Part shown: positions 12,851 through 26,699 of the stretch, in pieces
Layout: each line of letters begins with the position of its first letter
How positions within the stretch are numbered: the first letter of the stretch is position 1
DNA from: Nageia nagi
Lineage: Eukaryota; Plantae; Pinophyta
Length of the DNA: 64,000 nucleotides
Assembly: GCA_050084985.1 (NCBI GenBank)
Contig: JBITNC010000002.1
Location: 3,472,001-3,536,000 of the forward strand
Direction: 5' to 3'
Position numbers and translations under genes: made by a program
Notes under the pieces: generated by a model
Told to the model about the DNA's origin: nothing
Database searches by the model: none
What the model saw: only the letters and a program-made list of their open reading frames with translations

Positions 12851-15800
12851 ACACTTTGCATGGGTTCGAAAGCTGACAAAACCTGTTAGATGTTTAACCT
12901 TAACACAAACGATTGGAGTAGAAGGTGGACTATCAAACCATACGTTGGCTTTGGCAATTCGTTAAATAACCGACACTTTCATCGAGGGCGACAAGTATCT
13001 GTGATTAAGGGGGGTTTATTTTAAAATAAGCAATTTACAATTTTAGGCGCAGCATACATTGTATTTACAGTATTATAAAATAATTTAGTCAATTTACTGA
13101 TAAAATTTAGCTAATTAATATAATATATTTTCGTAGAGATAGATTTAGAAAAAAGTTAAATGGGTAATAAGGAATTGTAGACATTAAAGGTTTATAATGA
13201 ATCCAATTAAAGTGAGAGGGTTAATGTTTTTTGTTTTTAGCACAAAATGTTTCTATTTGAAAATACAATCAATGCATTTGTTTCTAAAGATCTTATATTA
13301 CTGAAGATGGATATTAATAAAACTGAATTTGAATTTTGCTTTTTCATTAAAATAATCGAATGAGATAATTTGCTAATACAATTCATTAAAAGATAATCAT
13401 ATAAAGATCGTTATAAAAAAAATATTAAAAATCTAAAGTTTGACTTGTAGTCCTACAAATGATAATAAAAAGAAAGAAGAAGAACCCAATAAATAAAATA
13501 ACGAAAGTACTATTTTACTATAAGGGAATAACCTCCACATGTTCATACCTAACAACATTGAAGCTTTCACATGCAACCGTAGCTAAATTTGTAATTCTTT
13601 TTATGTTCTATTCATATTTGTGTTTTTCTTAAATTAGCTCATAAAATACCACGTGGATCCATAAATCTTAAGAGCGGTATCATGATATCCATTTGGATCA
13701 TAAATATGAGATATATTGAAAACTAGAGTTAATTATGATCATATTGTTTTTAAATAAAATAAAATTAGGAAATTGATAAGATAGTAATGAATTATATTAA
13801 TAACGTGATATAATATACCGATAGGGTTAATAGATTTTCATATTAATTTTTTTTAAATGAATTATTTTATATAATGATGAAATTTAAAGTTTTTCAAGTA
13901 TAAGTTTTTTTTTGAAAAAATTATTATATTCAATAATATAATTTAATAAACAAAAAGATGGATGGATAAGCATGTTCTAAAGTAGTATTAAGACATTAAA
14001 CATCAAAATAGATGTTATATAAGCTTTAAAATTTAATTGTCTCTCATGATGGCCTCATCAACCAATATGATTACCAAGAAAATGGAGGATCATCTTGATT
14101 TTATTGTTTTCAATTTACAATGTACTAGTTTATCCCCACCCCAATATAGAGGATGCATCTCCTTGATGTCTAGACCAACTATATTTAGTCTTAAGCTCTT
14201 TAATTATGGTAGGTAAAATGGCCACATCAAGAGTTGGTAGTTAATTATAGTTTACCCATGGATCATCAAGGATCATAACTTGAGTATATCATGGAAAAGA
14301 AGCCTTATAAGGATGCTTGAGTGGATATGAGTGTTGGTTTTATCAAGACCAAGAACTTTCTCATAATGAGGAATGCTTCAAAGGGACCTTGTTAATAATG
14401 TAGCGAGCATTCCTTCAATTTTTAGTTAATGTTTACAAATAAGCCAACTCCATAGCTATTTTGTTGGCTTGCAATCTATAAAAATATAAAAGAAAGAACA
14501 TTGATTCTATTAATATAATTATAAAGTATAACAACAAAGGGTATGAGAGAAAAGGGAATTATTTATAGATTTCCATAACAAAAATAAAATTCCAACTTCG
14601 AATATGTGGGGAAGACATCAATAAACACTAATGGAAGAGGAAGAGAATCTTCAACAAGAATCTATTTTCATGCAAATCATTAAAGGATGAAAGGTTATAA
14701 GGGGGGGAAATCTAGGTCTAATGATCTTGATCCTCCTAATATCATCAAAAAAGTAAAATAATTTCCTTAAGCACATGTTAAAATGGCCAAATTAAATTAT
14801 AAACCCTATCTAAATTTAATATGCTTATTGAGGGGGAGGATATGGTAGCTTAAGCTAAAGGAAAAAAAAAAGGACTATTTAGGTTCAAAGTATTAGGATT
14901 ATGACATGAGAGGATGATGGGCCCAAATATGGAAATTGAAGATAGATCCTAATGAGAACTTAACTTGTCTATCATGGGTAGATAGGATAAGGGCCACTCA
15001 TACCTTAACCTAGCTTTATTATAGAGAAGGAATATCTTTGAATACCATCTCCAACTATTCCACCAAGGGTATAGAGGATGCATATTAATTTTGTGAAGCA
15101 TAGAATAAGTTATATTTTCTTTAATCACTTCAAATATTTTCTCATCAATGGACACAAGTCCATATCCAAATATGGTATAGTCCCAAGGAAAGCAATCTCT
15201 AGTTGAGTTGGAAAAAAGGTCAACCACTATAATAATGCCTCTTTTATAAAATTTATGGGCATGCATCAAGGGGACTTTTACAAAAGGGACTTCAATGATA
15301 ATCAAGATAAGGGGCCACCAATGGTTCATAGTATTGATTAAGAAACCATCCTAGAGACAATCACCTTTCCATTAGATCCATAATTTTATGCTTTACTAAT
15401 CCCATCAAATACTACAATCTAAAATTTATTTAAAGATCTTTATGGGTATTATGGAAATTAGAAGGGGTGGGAAGTATTTCATCCATATTGAGAGCATGAG
15501 GTAATGCAATATGGAAATAACATTTTTAGGTCTTTATGGATTTCATGAATTTAATAATTTATCAAAACATAAGTTGTGTCTTAGCACTTGTAATCAATAA
15601 GATACATCCCACTATTCTATCAAGGTAAGAAGGAAAACTTCTAAGCTACTTTGTGGAACCTAATGCTTGAAGTAGAGTTTGATCAGAGAAATTCTCTAGG
15701 TAGTTTTTCCAATTTCTAATAACTAGCTTTGGAAGGAATCCATCTTGATGAATAATACATATGAATTAGAACCATGATTATAGAGCAAATTTAAAATTTA

Positions 15801-16049
15801 CTACCATGAAAAACAAACTAGTGGCCTCATGGGCTAGCTTATACTTAGACTTTTGGATAACATATTTCTATTGTTATGAGGAGGAACATTAGAAAATAAA
15901 TAAGACTATTAAAAAAATAAAACACTTGTGTATCCTATATCTATCTACTTTAGTATTATGTTAACGATTGGGGAGGGGAGAGGTAGATTGATGTCAACAA
16001 AGAGTCCTTCATCATTGAATTTTTGGGCCAAAGGTAAGATAAAAGTTAT

Positions 16050-18340
16050 ATAGTTAATGGATGGCTTGATTGAAAGACTCTTCATCCTTATTTGATAGTT
16101 TCAAGTGTTTAAAAGGGTAAGGGTAGGTATTATGTTTATGTCTCCTCAAGATGGTATTATTCCTATGGATTATAAACTTGATTTTGATTACACAAATAAC
16201 ATGATTGAGTATGAGGCTTTGATTTTAGATTTGAAGTTTATTGTTAACTTGAATATCAAGTTCCTACAGGTTTATGGTGATTCACATCTTATTACAAACT
16301 AAATCAATGGGGTTTATAATACAAGAGATGAGAAGCTACAACCTTACAAGGAGTTGGTAATAAAGATGATATCAACTTGCTTCATAAAGGTTAAATTTGA
16401 TAACATTCTAAGAGATAGTAATAGATTTTTGGATGCAATGGAAAATGCAGCCTCTTTTACACCAATCCATCTTGAAGATGAGAAAACTTTGATCAAGATA
16501 AATAACCTCAAGAATACTTCCTCAATGGATGAAGTATTTTTCATTAATTTATTTGAGAAGGAGTAGAATGCATGTGTCATTCTTCCATATATTAAGTGGT
16601 ACACAGACATATACAACTATTTGAAATATGGTTCAATTCTTAATTCTTATCAACACAAGTTCTTGAAGAGGAGGCTTAAGAAAATAGATGCTAGGTATTT
16701 TATCATTGGTGATATTCTTTATAAGAGGTCTTTTGATGGTACATTGCTTATATGCTTGACTAAAGAAGATACTAAGAAATCCATGAAGTAAATGTATGAT
16801 AATTTTAGTGGAGGTCACTTTAACAATAAGGTCATATTCCATAAACTTTTGAGATTGGGTCATTATTGGACATCTATGGAAAAAGATTTCATTCTTCATG
16901 TTAAGAAATATGAAAAGTTGAAAAAGAATGGTAACTTAAATTGACTCCTTAACAAGAGTTGGTTATTATGATTTCACCTTGTCCATTTTCCATTTGGGTT
17001 TTTGATTTAATTGGTATCATTAAACCTAAGTATAGAGAGGGATACAAGCTCATTTTGGTGGTAGCTGAACATTTCACCAAATGAATAGAAGTTATACCTT
17101 TGAGGTCATCTAAAGGTTCTCAAATTATGAATTTTTTGATTGATAACATCATTACAAGATTTGGTGTATCATCTTATATCATTATGGATAACAAAAAGAA
17201 TTTTTGGAGTAAGCATGTGAGAGAATTTTATAGAACCTTTAAAATTAAGCAAGAGTTTTCGTCTAAATATTATCTACAAGGTAATGGACAAGATGAAGCA
17301 ACCAATAATACCATTGTCAATATTTTATGTAAGATTGTAATGAAGCATCTGAAGAAATTAACCCTTTCTGAATTAACTTCTAATCTCCTAATATCTTGAG
17401 AAGGCACTTTCAACATCAACATAATAGCACAATAACTAAAGCCAATCACATAAATAACATAAGATATAAAGTGATGCCTCCATTCTTGAGAGTACATCCA
17501 CTAACTAAGATCTTCTTATTCTCAAGGACCTCTCTTACAAAATCTCTTCTCTCTCTCACACTCTAAACCAATAGCAAAGCTTGCATTACAATTATGTAAC
17601 TAGAGAAGGGGAGGGTTCTCTTTTTATAAGAAGAAAACCACTCTATAATTAATCCATTTTCTATTTTTAATCCTTTACCTATTTTTAAACTCATACCTAT
17701 TTTTAATCCTTCTCCTATTTTTATTCCCTTAATACTTTAAGGTATCTAATGATGCTTTAAGTATTAAGTGAATTGACATTAAGGAGAAATATTACACAAT
17801 ATTACATTACAAATTCTGACAGCATCCAAAGGATTGAAACACATATTGATATACACATTATAAGTATATAGAACTAGTATCAAATCTGAAATAGGTTACA
17901 CTCCATTCTCATTAGTGTATGGGGATGAGGTTGTTTTTCCATTGGATTTAGAATTTTCATCTTTAAGGGTGTCTTTGGAGGGCATAATTGAGTGAGAAGA
18001 TTAAAGAAAACCAATATTAAGATAGTTGGAAAGCTTACATTAAAAGAGGATCTATGCTTTGAAACATCTTAGAGCATATTAGAGGAGAAAAAATAGGGCA
18101 TATACAAAGAAGATCAAGCCAAGAGAGTTTTAGGTTGGTGACTTAGTTCTCAAGGAGAATAATCATAAGATTAAGGCTAAAAAAGAGGACAAGGATTAGT
18201 TTTTTTGATAAATTGTATTGGTCATTACATAATTACTTGGCTAAGTATACCAATGGTGCATATAAGTTGATGATAATTGATGGAAGAGAAGATGAATTTT
18301 CCACCAATCCCATACATTTGAATCACTTCTATGCTTGAAG
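16050..18340 (+). mobile_element. Degenerate Ty3/Gypsy Tat-type pol (archaeal-type RNase H + integrase)
   Basis: aRH motif YKLDFDYTNNMIEYEAL..VYGDS (16105-16302). Integrase ITRFGV..IIMDN, YYLQGNGQDEATN and YRTS..TPFSLVYG, ending HLNHFYA* at ~18338. Confidence 0.85.
17350..17821. mobile_element. Solo LTR (472 bp) inserted in the Tat integrase
   Basis: TG...CA termini and a perfect 5-bp TSD GCATC (17345-17349, 17822-17826). Removing it restores integrase KIVMKHPKD. Confidence 0.85.
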
Positions 18341-18944
18341 GGAACCCGTTACATACACTTGCTTATATTTTTTATTTATATTTTGTTCAGCATATCTATT
18401 AGGAGTGTGAGGTCTTTTTCTTAGCTCCATTTTTTCTGTTAGCTCAACCTCAACACTAGTATCTATGCATTTTTTGGTTTTTAACCCCAATACTCATATT
18501 GGTGTGTTTTGAGTCCTATCACAACTTAGAAGAATTATTGGTTTCTTGATCTAAGATGCATCTTATAATTTATATAATTTTTTTCAATTTAGTTCAGAAA
18601 GCATTTTACATTAGTTCTCTGGGTTTAACTTAGTTGATCATTCAATTGATATCATGAAGAATATGGTTCTTCCTTGAAAGATATTTACAATCTTCCTATA
18701 TGCATAAGATAATCTTGCATTGATCATCAAATTTTAAGCGATGAATTACTATTGATACTAAAATTGATGCATCTTGAAGTGCCCATACTAGGGGTAATGT
18801 TTGCACTAAGGAATTTAAAAATTTCATGGTTGTCATAGGTAAGCTTAAGTATTTGTCTATTACAAGTTGATATTTTTCATATTCAAGCATATGTGTTTCA
18901 TTTACCATTATATACATGCTTATATAAAATGAATATGTGTTACA

Positions 18945-21900
18945 TGTTGGAGTGTGGAGCCTATTATCCTAAGAGGTGCATGTATGCAACCATGTATGGT
19001 GGAACATCCCTATGATCCCTTATCCATACATGAATCTCAATCTATTTTTAGCCATTTTTTAGAAATAGCTCTATTCTTATAAAACCTATTTTTAGGAATG
19101 ACTATTTTTAGTGGTGAGTCTGGATGATTGATATTTAGGTCATAGATTGTATTCTCTATTATATAAGAGGATTTCATATGAATGAAATATCATTGTATTA
19201 GAGTTTTGCTAGGATTTGACCATAGAGGAAATTAATAGAGAGCTTGTGAGATACTAAGGAGATAGTGCATTAGGGTTGATGCATATTGTAATCCCTTTAT
19301 TTTTTAGACTGTGATAAAGATCCAATTGGTTGTTTCTCTAGGGATGTAGCCCATATTGAGTGAACCTTGATACATAATGTGTTAATCCCTTATGTGATTG
19401 TTCTTGGTTATTTACTTTACTTACTTCTGCAAGTTATATTTTGCATATATATTTTACTTTCTTCTATATGTATCTAGCAACTGGTATCAAATATTTGTAT
19501 TTGGTGCTCACATAAGGGTGTTTTATTTGAGTAAGAGCAATATAATAAGGGTGGTTCTGAGTAAAAATGTTCAACGACCAAAATTTTAATTTTGTAAAAT
19601 GCAGATGGAGGATTATCTCTATCAAATGGACCTCTAACTACCTCTAGAAGGTAAGGTAAAGATACCAAATATAATGTTTGATGAAGAATGGGCTTTGTTC
19701 GAAAGGAAAGCATTAGGGATGATCAGGTTATGCTTGACTAGCACAGTAGCCTTTAATATTTCCAAAATGAAAATCACAAAGGATGTTATGGATGCATTAG
19801 CTAAGTTATATGAGGAATCCTCAACTTCCAACAAAGTTTTTCTAATACATAAATTATTTAATATGAAGATGAATGAAGGTGCTTCAATTTAGGATCATTT
19901 AAATACATTTAATAATGTAACTAGTCAATTAAATTTAGTAAGAATAAATTTTGATCATGAAATTAGGGCTTTGCTAATTTTGTGCTTACTACCAAAGTGC
20001 TAGAATAATTTGGTAATGGCTATAAGTAATTGTGCATAGTAGTTCTAACAAGTTAATTTTTGATGATATTGTCAGCATTATTCTTAGTGAAGGTATGAGG
20101 AGAAAAACCTTAGGTGAGGCCTCATCATCAGGAATAATGTTAACAGTTGAGAACAATAGAGAAAGGTAAAGAGAAAGAGGTAGAAGTCAAAGCAAAGAAA
20201 AATGTAGAGGAAGATCTAAGTCAAAAGGAAAAGGGAAAGACAAATGTTAGTATTGTGGCAAGAAAGGCCATGTGAAAAAGGATTGTTGGAATAGAATCAA
20301 TGATGAAAAAGGTAAGATGAAAAAATAAAGGTAATAAATTAAAATCAAATTTAAATGGTGAAATATTGTTGGATGCTTTGATATTATCTTTAGATAAGAA
20401 TAATGATTACTAGGTTATTGATTTTTGTGCATATCTTCATGTTACTTCACAAAAGAATTACTTTGTAGAGTATGTTCAAGGTGATTTTGGATAGGTTATA
20501 TTAGGAGACAATCATCCCTACCAGATTAAGGAAAAGGAAAATATAAATATGAGGTTTTCCAATGGAACTCTACTTATATTGAATGAAGTATGATATATTC
20601 CTAATCTGAAGAGAAATTTGATCTTATCTAGTATACTTGGTAAAGAAGATTTCATAGCTGTATTTGGAGAAAACTCTTGGAAGTTAACAAAAGGCTCTAT
20701 GGTGATTGCTAAAGGTAAATTAGCTAGTATGCCTAATTTGGTTACATAATCATCTATTTGCACTATAAATTTTGTTGCTACAAGAGAATACGTAAAGATG
20801 TGGTACTACATATTAGGCCATATGAGTGAAAAAGTAATGAAGGTTTTTCACTCTTAGAAATTACTACCAAAATTCAAGGAAGTTGATTTCAAATTTTGTG
20901 AGGATTGCATTTATAGTAAATAGAAAAGGGTAATATTTCTAACAGTTGGAAAAGAGAAGAAGACATAAAAGTTAGAATTGTTTCATAAAAGTTATAATTG
21001 TTTCATAAATTAGAAAGAAGCTAGATGCTTAGTCTAAGAAGTGTTATTTCATTGGTTATGGGATAAATGAATTAGGTTTCATATTATGGGATAATACTAA
21101 TAGGAAAGCCATCAAGAGAAGAGATGTTATTTTTAATGAGAAAAGATTGTACAAGGATAAATTGCAAAAAAAAGGATGATACCATGTACACTGTATTTGA
21201 TGAGATTATAGAAGAGAATATACCAAAGGTGAAGAATGAGAACCTTCAACCACAATAATCGATAACTACTATAATAAGGTCTCAAAGGGTTAGTAACCCT
21301 CCTAAGAAATATACTTTTGCTTTGTATTATGTGTTGTATATTGATGCTAGTGAACCAGAGAATTTTTATGAGGTTTTGTAGGCAAGTACCAAGAAGCAAT
21401 GGGAGCTTGGGATGGATGAGGGGATGGATTCCTTAAGCCAAAACCAAACATGGGATTCGGTTAAGCTTCTTGCTCTCAAGAAGGCACTATATAATAAATG
21501 GATATACATGGTTAAAGAAAAGTGGGAGGAAACGAGAGGTATAAGGCAAGGCTTGTTATGAAAGGTTATGCATAAAAGAAAGGTATAGACTATGATGCAA
21601 TTTTTTCTTTAGTAGTCAAGATGAATTCTATTCATACTATTTTAATCTTGGTTGCAGAAGAGGATTTATATTTAAAGCATCTTGATGTAAAAACCACTTT
21701 CCTCCATGGTGATTTGGAAGAGGAAATCTATATGCACCAATTAGAGGGTTATGAGGTAAAGGGGAATTAGAATCTTATTTGCAAGTTAAAGAAGATATTG
21801 TATGATCTAAAACAAGCTCTTAGAAAATGGTATTTGAAGTTTGATAGGTTCATGTAGAACTTGGATTATTGTAGATGTCATTCAGATCATTGTGTATAAT

Positions 21901-23502
21901 TCAAGAGACTAGGTAATGGGAGTTACATTATCTTGCTTTTATATGCTACTAATATGCTTGTAGCTAGTAATAGTATCCAAGATATTAGTGATCTCAAGAG
22001 GAGTTTGGAAAGAACTTTTTCCATGAAGGATTTAGGAGCTGCAATACAAATCATTGGTATGAGAATCACAAGAGATAGGAAGAACCAAAAGTTGGTGCTA
22101 TCTCAGGAGGAGTACATACAGAAAGCTTTAAAGTGGTTTAATATGAATAATTGCAAGATAATAAGTACACCTCTTGCATACCACTTTAAATTAACCAAAG
22201 AGATATATCCTAGAACTAATAATGAGAAAGAACTTATGGGCGAGGTCCTTTATGCATATATTGTTGGTAGTTTAATGTATACTATGGTTTGTACTAGTTT
22301 TGGTATTATTCAAGTAGTGGGAGTTGTGAGCAGGTACATGAGTAACCCCAAAAATGAGCATTGGCATGTAGTGAAGTGGATACTTTGGTATTTGATAGGT
22401 ACATCCAATTATTATTTACATTTTGATGGTAATAATATTGATGTATAAGGTTTTATATATTTGAATATGGCGGGTGATAGAGATGGTGGGAGAAGCACCA
22501 TTGGTTATGTTTTCACTATTGGTGGAACAACTATGAATTAGGTGTCCAAGCTACAATAGGTTATGGTATTGTATATAATGAAGGTAGTGTTTATCATAGT
22601 TATAAAGGCTAGCAAGAAGATAATTTGGCTTCAAATATTGATGGAAGAATTGGGATATGATCAAAAGGATTGCATGTTATGGAGTGACAAACAAAGTGCC
22701 ATTCATCTTGCAAAAAATTTAGCTTTCCATTCAAGAACCAAACACATTTGGATTAGGTACTATTGGATATGGTTAGTATTAAAGGATGGATCCTTAAGGT
22801 TGGAAAATATACATACTAGCAAAAATCCTACAAATATGTTGACCAAAGTAGTTTCAAAAGATAGGTTGATCTTATGCTCAAACTCGATTGGGCTGATAGA
22901 GCCATGAAGGATTAGGTAGATCCCTAATGGATGTAAAAATAGTGAAATTTCTATGGATAGTCTCCAAGTGGGAGATTTTTGGAGTATGGAGCTTGTTATC
23001 CTACAAAGTGCATGTGTGCAACCATGTACGATGGAGCACCCCTACAATCCCTTATCCACACATGAGTCTTTATCTATTTTTAGTCATTTTGTAGAAATAG
23101 TGCTATTCTTGTAAAACCTAATTTTAGGAGTGACTATTTTTAATGGTTAATATATTTAGGTCACAAATTGTATTCTCTATAATATAAGAGGATTTTGTAT
23201 GAAGGAAATATCATTGTATTAGAGTTGTGCTAAGGTTTGAGCATATGGGAGCTTGATAGATATTTTGTGAGATATTGAGGAGATTGTGCATCAGGATTGA
23301 TGTGGTTTGTAATCTCTTTTATTTTTTATATTGTGATAAGGATTTGATTGGTTATTTCTCTAGGGATGTAGCTCACATTGGGTGAACCTCATTACATGTA
23401 CTCTATTAATCTCTTATGTGATTGTTCTTGGCTATTTATTTACTTAATTCTGCAAGTTTTATTCTGTATATATATTTTTCTTGAACCTATATATACCCAA
23501 CA
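18945..23502 (+). mobile_element. Ty1/Copia element (Tork/Tnt1-like) with both LTRs, degenerate
   Basis: 5' LTR 18945-19479, PBS TGGTATCA 19482-19489, gag, CCHC knuckle (~20245-20290), protease, RT (LDVKTTFLHGDLEEEIYM), RNase H (SAIHLAKN..FHSRTKHI), PPT CCAAGTGGGAGAT, 3' LTR 22977-23502. TSD TTACA/TTCCA. Confidence 0.93.
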
Positions 23503-23629
23503 TTCCATTAGTCACATATTTTTATAAAACAAATGTTCTTAGAATTATACATTATTTTGAAAAAAATTACATTTCCTTATTGGGTGGATAATATATAACC
23601 ATCATTGTTATGGTTTTATGATTATTACC

Positions 23630-23855
23630 TTAGTTATATGAAAATCCTTGAGATTAGGCACTTGCATGCTTTTGTTTGGTAATATGAAAACCCTTGGGAT
23701 TGGGAATTCACATTCATCTCTATTTTGTAATATTATAACCCTTTGGGTTGGGCATTCACATCTTCATTATGTTTGTTAATATGATAACCCCTTTGGGTTG
23801 GGAATTCACACTTCATTATGTCTGGGTATATGAAAACCATTTGGGTTGGGCATTT
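23630..23855 (+). repeat. Degenerate ~48-50 bp tandem repeat, about 4-5 copies
   Basis: Recurring (A)ACCC(T)TTGGGTTGGG(A/C)ATTCACA unit. It lies in the putative 3' UTR of the Tat element that the Copia interrupts. Confidence 0.75.
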
Positions 23856-26699
23856 TTATTTCTATTTTTAGTACCTTTATTGGTTGAGTTTAAACTAACC
23901 ATCACTTTGTTACACTTTATGGTTGTATCTTATGTCTACGTATGGGGTAGTTACCTCATGATGATGTTGGCATAACTTGTTTATATCTAATAATGATGCA
24001 TATACCTCATGACAATATAGGAACCTCATGATATTATGTGTATGCATCCATGAATGATGCATGAGGTATTACTGAGATAATTTTTTTTATCTATGAATGG
24101 GATATTTAGTACTATCATAATGATGTATTCCTATTATATTAATTTCTTTCTTGCTATTTATTTGTATATCTTTTGAGATGAAATATTTATGCATGATTCT
24201 ATGAATGAGATGGTTAGTTTTTCTATGATGATATATATACATGAATAGGGAATTAAACATTACCATGGGGTGAAAGTAAGAAGTTGAGTCCACTTGAATG
24301 GGAATTCAGCAAAGTTAAAATTTAATGTTAGAAAAATTGGGATCCCAATTTTAAAATAAGATCTCGATATTTGTAACTAAAATACATGCATTTTCTTAGT
24401 GTTAAATATCAAGATACCAATATTTAAATCTCCAATCTCACCTTGATTTTAAACTTGGAAAAGGCTTGGTAAGCCAACCCTTAGCCTTGGACCTACAATT
24501 ATGTGGTCATGGTAATTTTAATGGAAATTTCGGACTTAGGGCATACGTTTGATAGAGTTTTTGGTAGAATTTTTTTATGAAATTAAAATCTATTATAGAT
24601 TAAAAAGAGTAACTTTTAAATATGCAATTTTTTTTACAATTGAATAAGATTTTATATTTTTCAATTATTTTTTAGTAAAAGTGGTCCATATACTTGAAAT
24701 ATGATGGTCTCTTATTTTCTTAATAACTTTTTATTTTTAAAGATTTCTAAAAAGAAAAAAAAAAACTATATAGGGACAAGCTTCAGATAATTCTATATAA
24801 GATAAAAATAATTGAAAAATATTAAGATTAGGTCAAATTATACATGATGAACACAAGCACTTTTCAAAATAACAAACATGATCGATAAATAATTAATAAA
24901 AAAAAACATTCATGAAAATTTTTGGAAAAATATAGAAGACAAGCTTTAATGTCTTAGGTATCTATTCCTAAAAGGATTTTAAAAAATACCTTTATTTTGA
25001 TCAATTATGTGTACGTGCATGGTATGGTCCTAAAATAATATATTTTAAAAAGTGATTTTTTTTCATCCCTATCAAAATTTAATTTCTATCATTTGGGTAT
25101 TAGAATATTTTATATATTTAAAAACTAGACTCTAAGCACTACATTTTCACTCAAGTGACCTTTTTCATGATTCCATGTCTAAGTGCTTCAAATTTTAATA
25201 TCAATCATCCTTAAACTTAAAAATCAAGGAAAATACTTCCACCTTTTTGGCCATAAAGTGGACCCAACTTCTTGCACTCATCCCATGATGATATTATGCA
25301 TTTATGATGATTATTGCTCTTATTATCATATTATATTTTTAAGAGTATGAACACATGTATACTTTGGAAGGTGGTATTTTCTTTCTCTATTTTTCAAGTT
25401 AATTATTTGATCTTTCTTTCTTTCACTCCATGGGATCCATTTCATTTTGTAGCCAAGGCAAAGAGAGGGAAACAAATATCATCAATCTTTTACGATTGGA
25501 TGGATTCATAACAAAAATAATGAAGTGTCATTATTTTTTTCTTCCTTATCCTTTTGTTTCCTTTGCAAATACAATTACATTCCATTTCATTATATTTGCA
25601 AAGAGGGGCATCTATTAACACTTAATTTTGGTCCACCCTAAGTGGCCTAATTAAGTGTTTTACTATAATTAATATTTTATTACATTGTGGGTGTTATCTT
25701 GATCCTTTCTCATGCAAGCTTATCTTTTCTTGTGCTAGATACCCTAATATCAGTGCTAGTCTTTCAACGGGGAAATTGGGAACATATCTTCCTATAAAAA
25801 GGTAAGTGGGATTCCAAGGAAAGTTATCAAGATTTTCAATCTTTATAGCTAGTACCATTTAAAATTTTAGGTGTTCATTAACACTAGATATTAATATTGA
25901 GGATCTTGTTACCATGAGCATATTTTTTATTCCATATTTTGTAATTATATATTTTTGGCTTTACTTGTTGATTATCTATTGTATACTAGATCTTGGTTGT
26001 GAACTCTATTTTTTTGTATGCCTAGTATCTGTGTTATCATGCATTTTAGCATTATTATACGCATTAGAACTATTATTTGGGTCTTGGTGTTAGCACTTTG
26101 TATAGGCATCTGCACTATGATTCCTTTTGATTATTCTTCATGGAGATTCACACATTAAGATCATTTTCTTTAACAAGCTCATGTTCGCTAATTCTCTATC
26201 ATCTAGGTGAGGTTAATAGGTATTTATCCTTGACTTGTTCATTGTCTCAATAATACATTTAATAATCTTGATCTAATAAAATTAGATTTGTTATTTATTA
26301 TCATATCTTGGATTATCATTATTGTTGTTGTCATTTTTGTTTAACTTATTTATATTAGTATTATTAATATATCTTTTACGTATGAATGTTATTCATTATT
26401 ATCACTTAAATCATACTAGGAATAACTAAATAATTAAATAATGGGCTACATCCATGAAGAAGCTATCCTTGTATTCATCAACCTTCCAAGTTCTCAAATA
26501 AATAAACTAGCAACATAACATTGCCATATTTCCTTTAGAGTACAATCATAACCTCAGTATAAATCCCTCAAACCCTTAACCAATAAAAACATCAAAACCA
26601 CAAACTACAAGCTCACAAAAATATATTACAACCTCAATCAAAACCCATCAATTCATAGGAAACCTTACATTCATATTTGACCCCAAAATTGTCAAAGAA

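Noticed and set aside
23630-23855. Repeat arrays here and at 49313-49555 and 62863-63270 as CRISPR-like
   Set aside because: Whole units are homologous with no unique spacers, there are no cas genes, and the context is eukaryotic TE.
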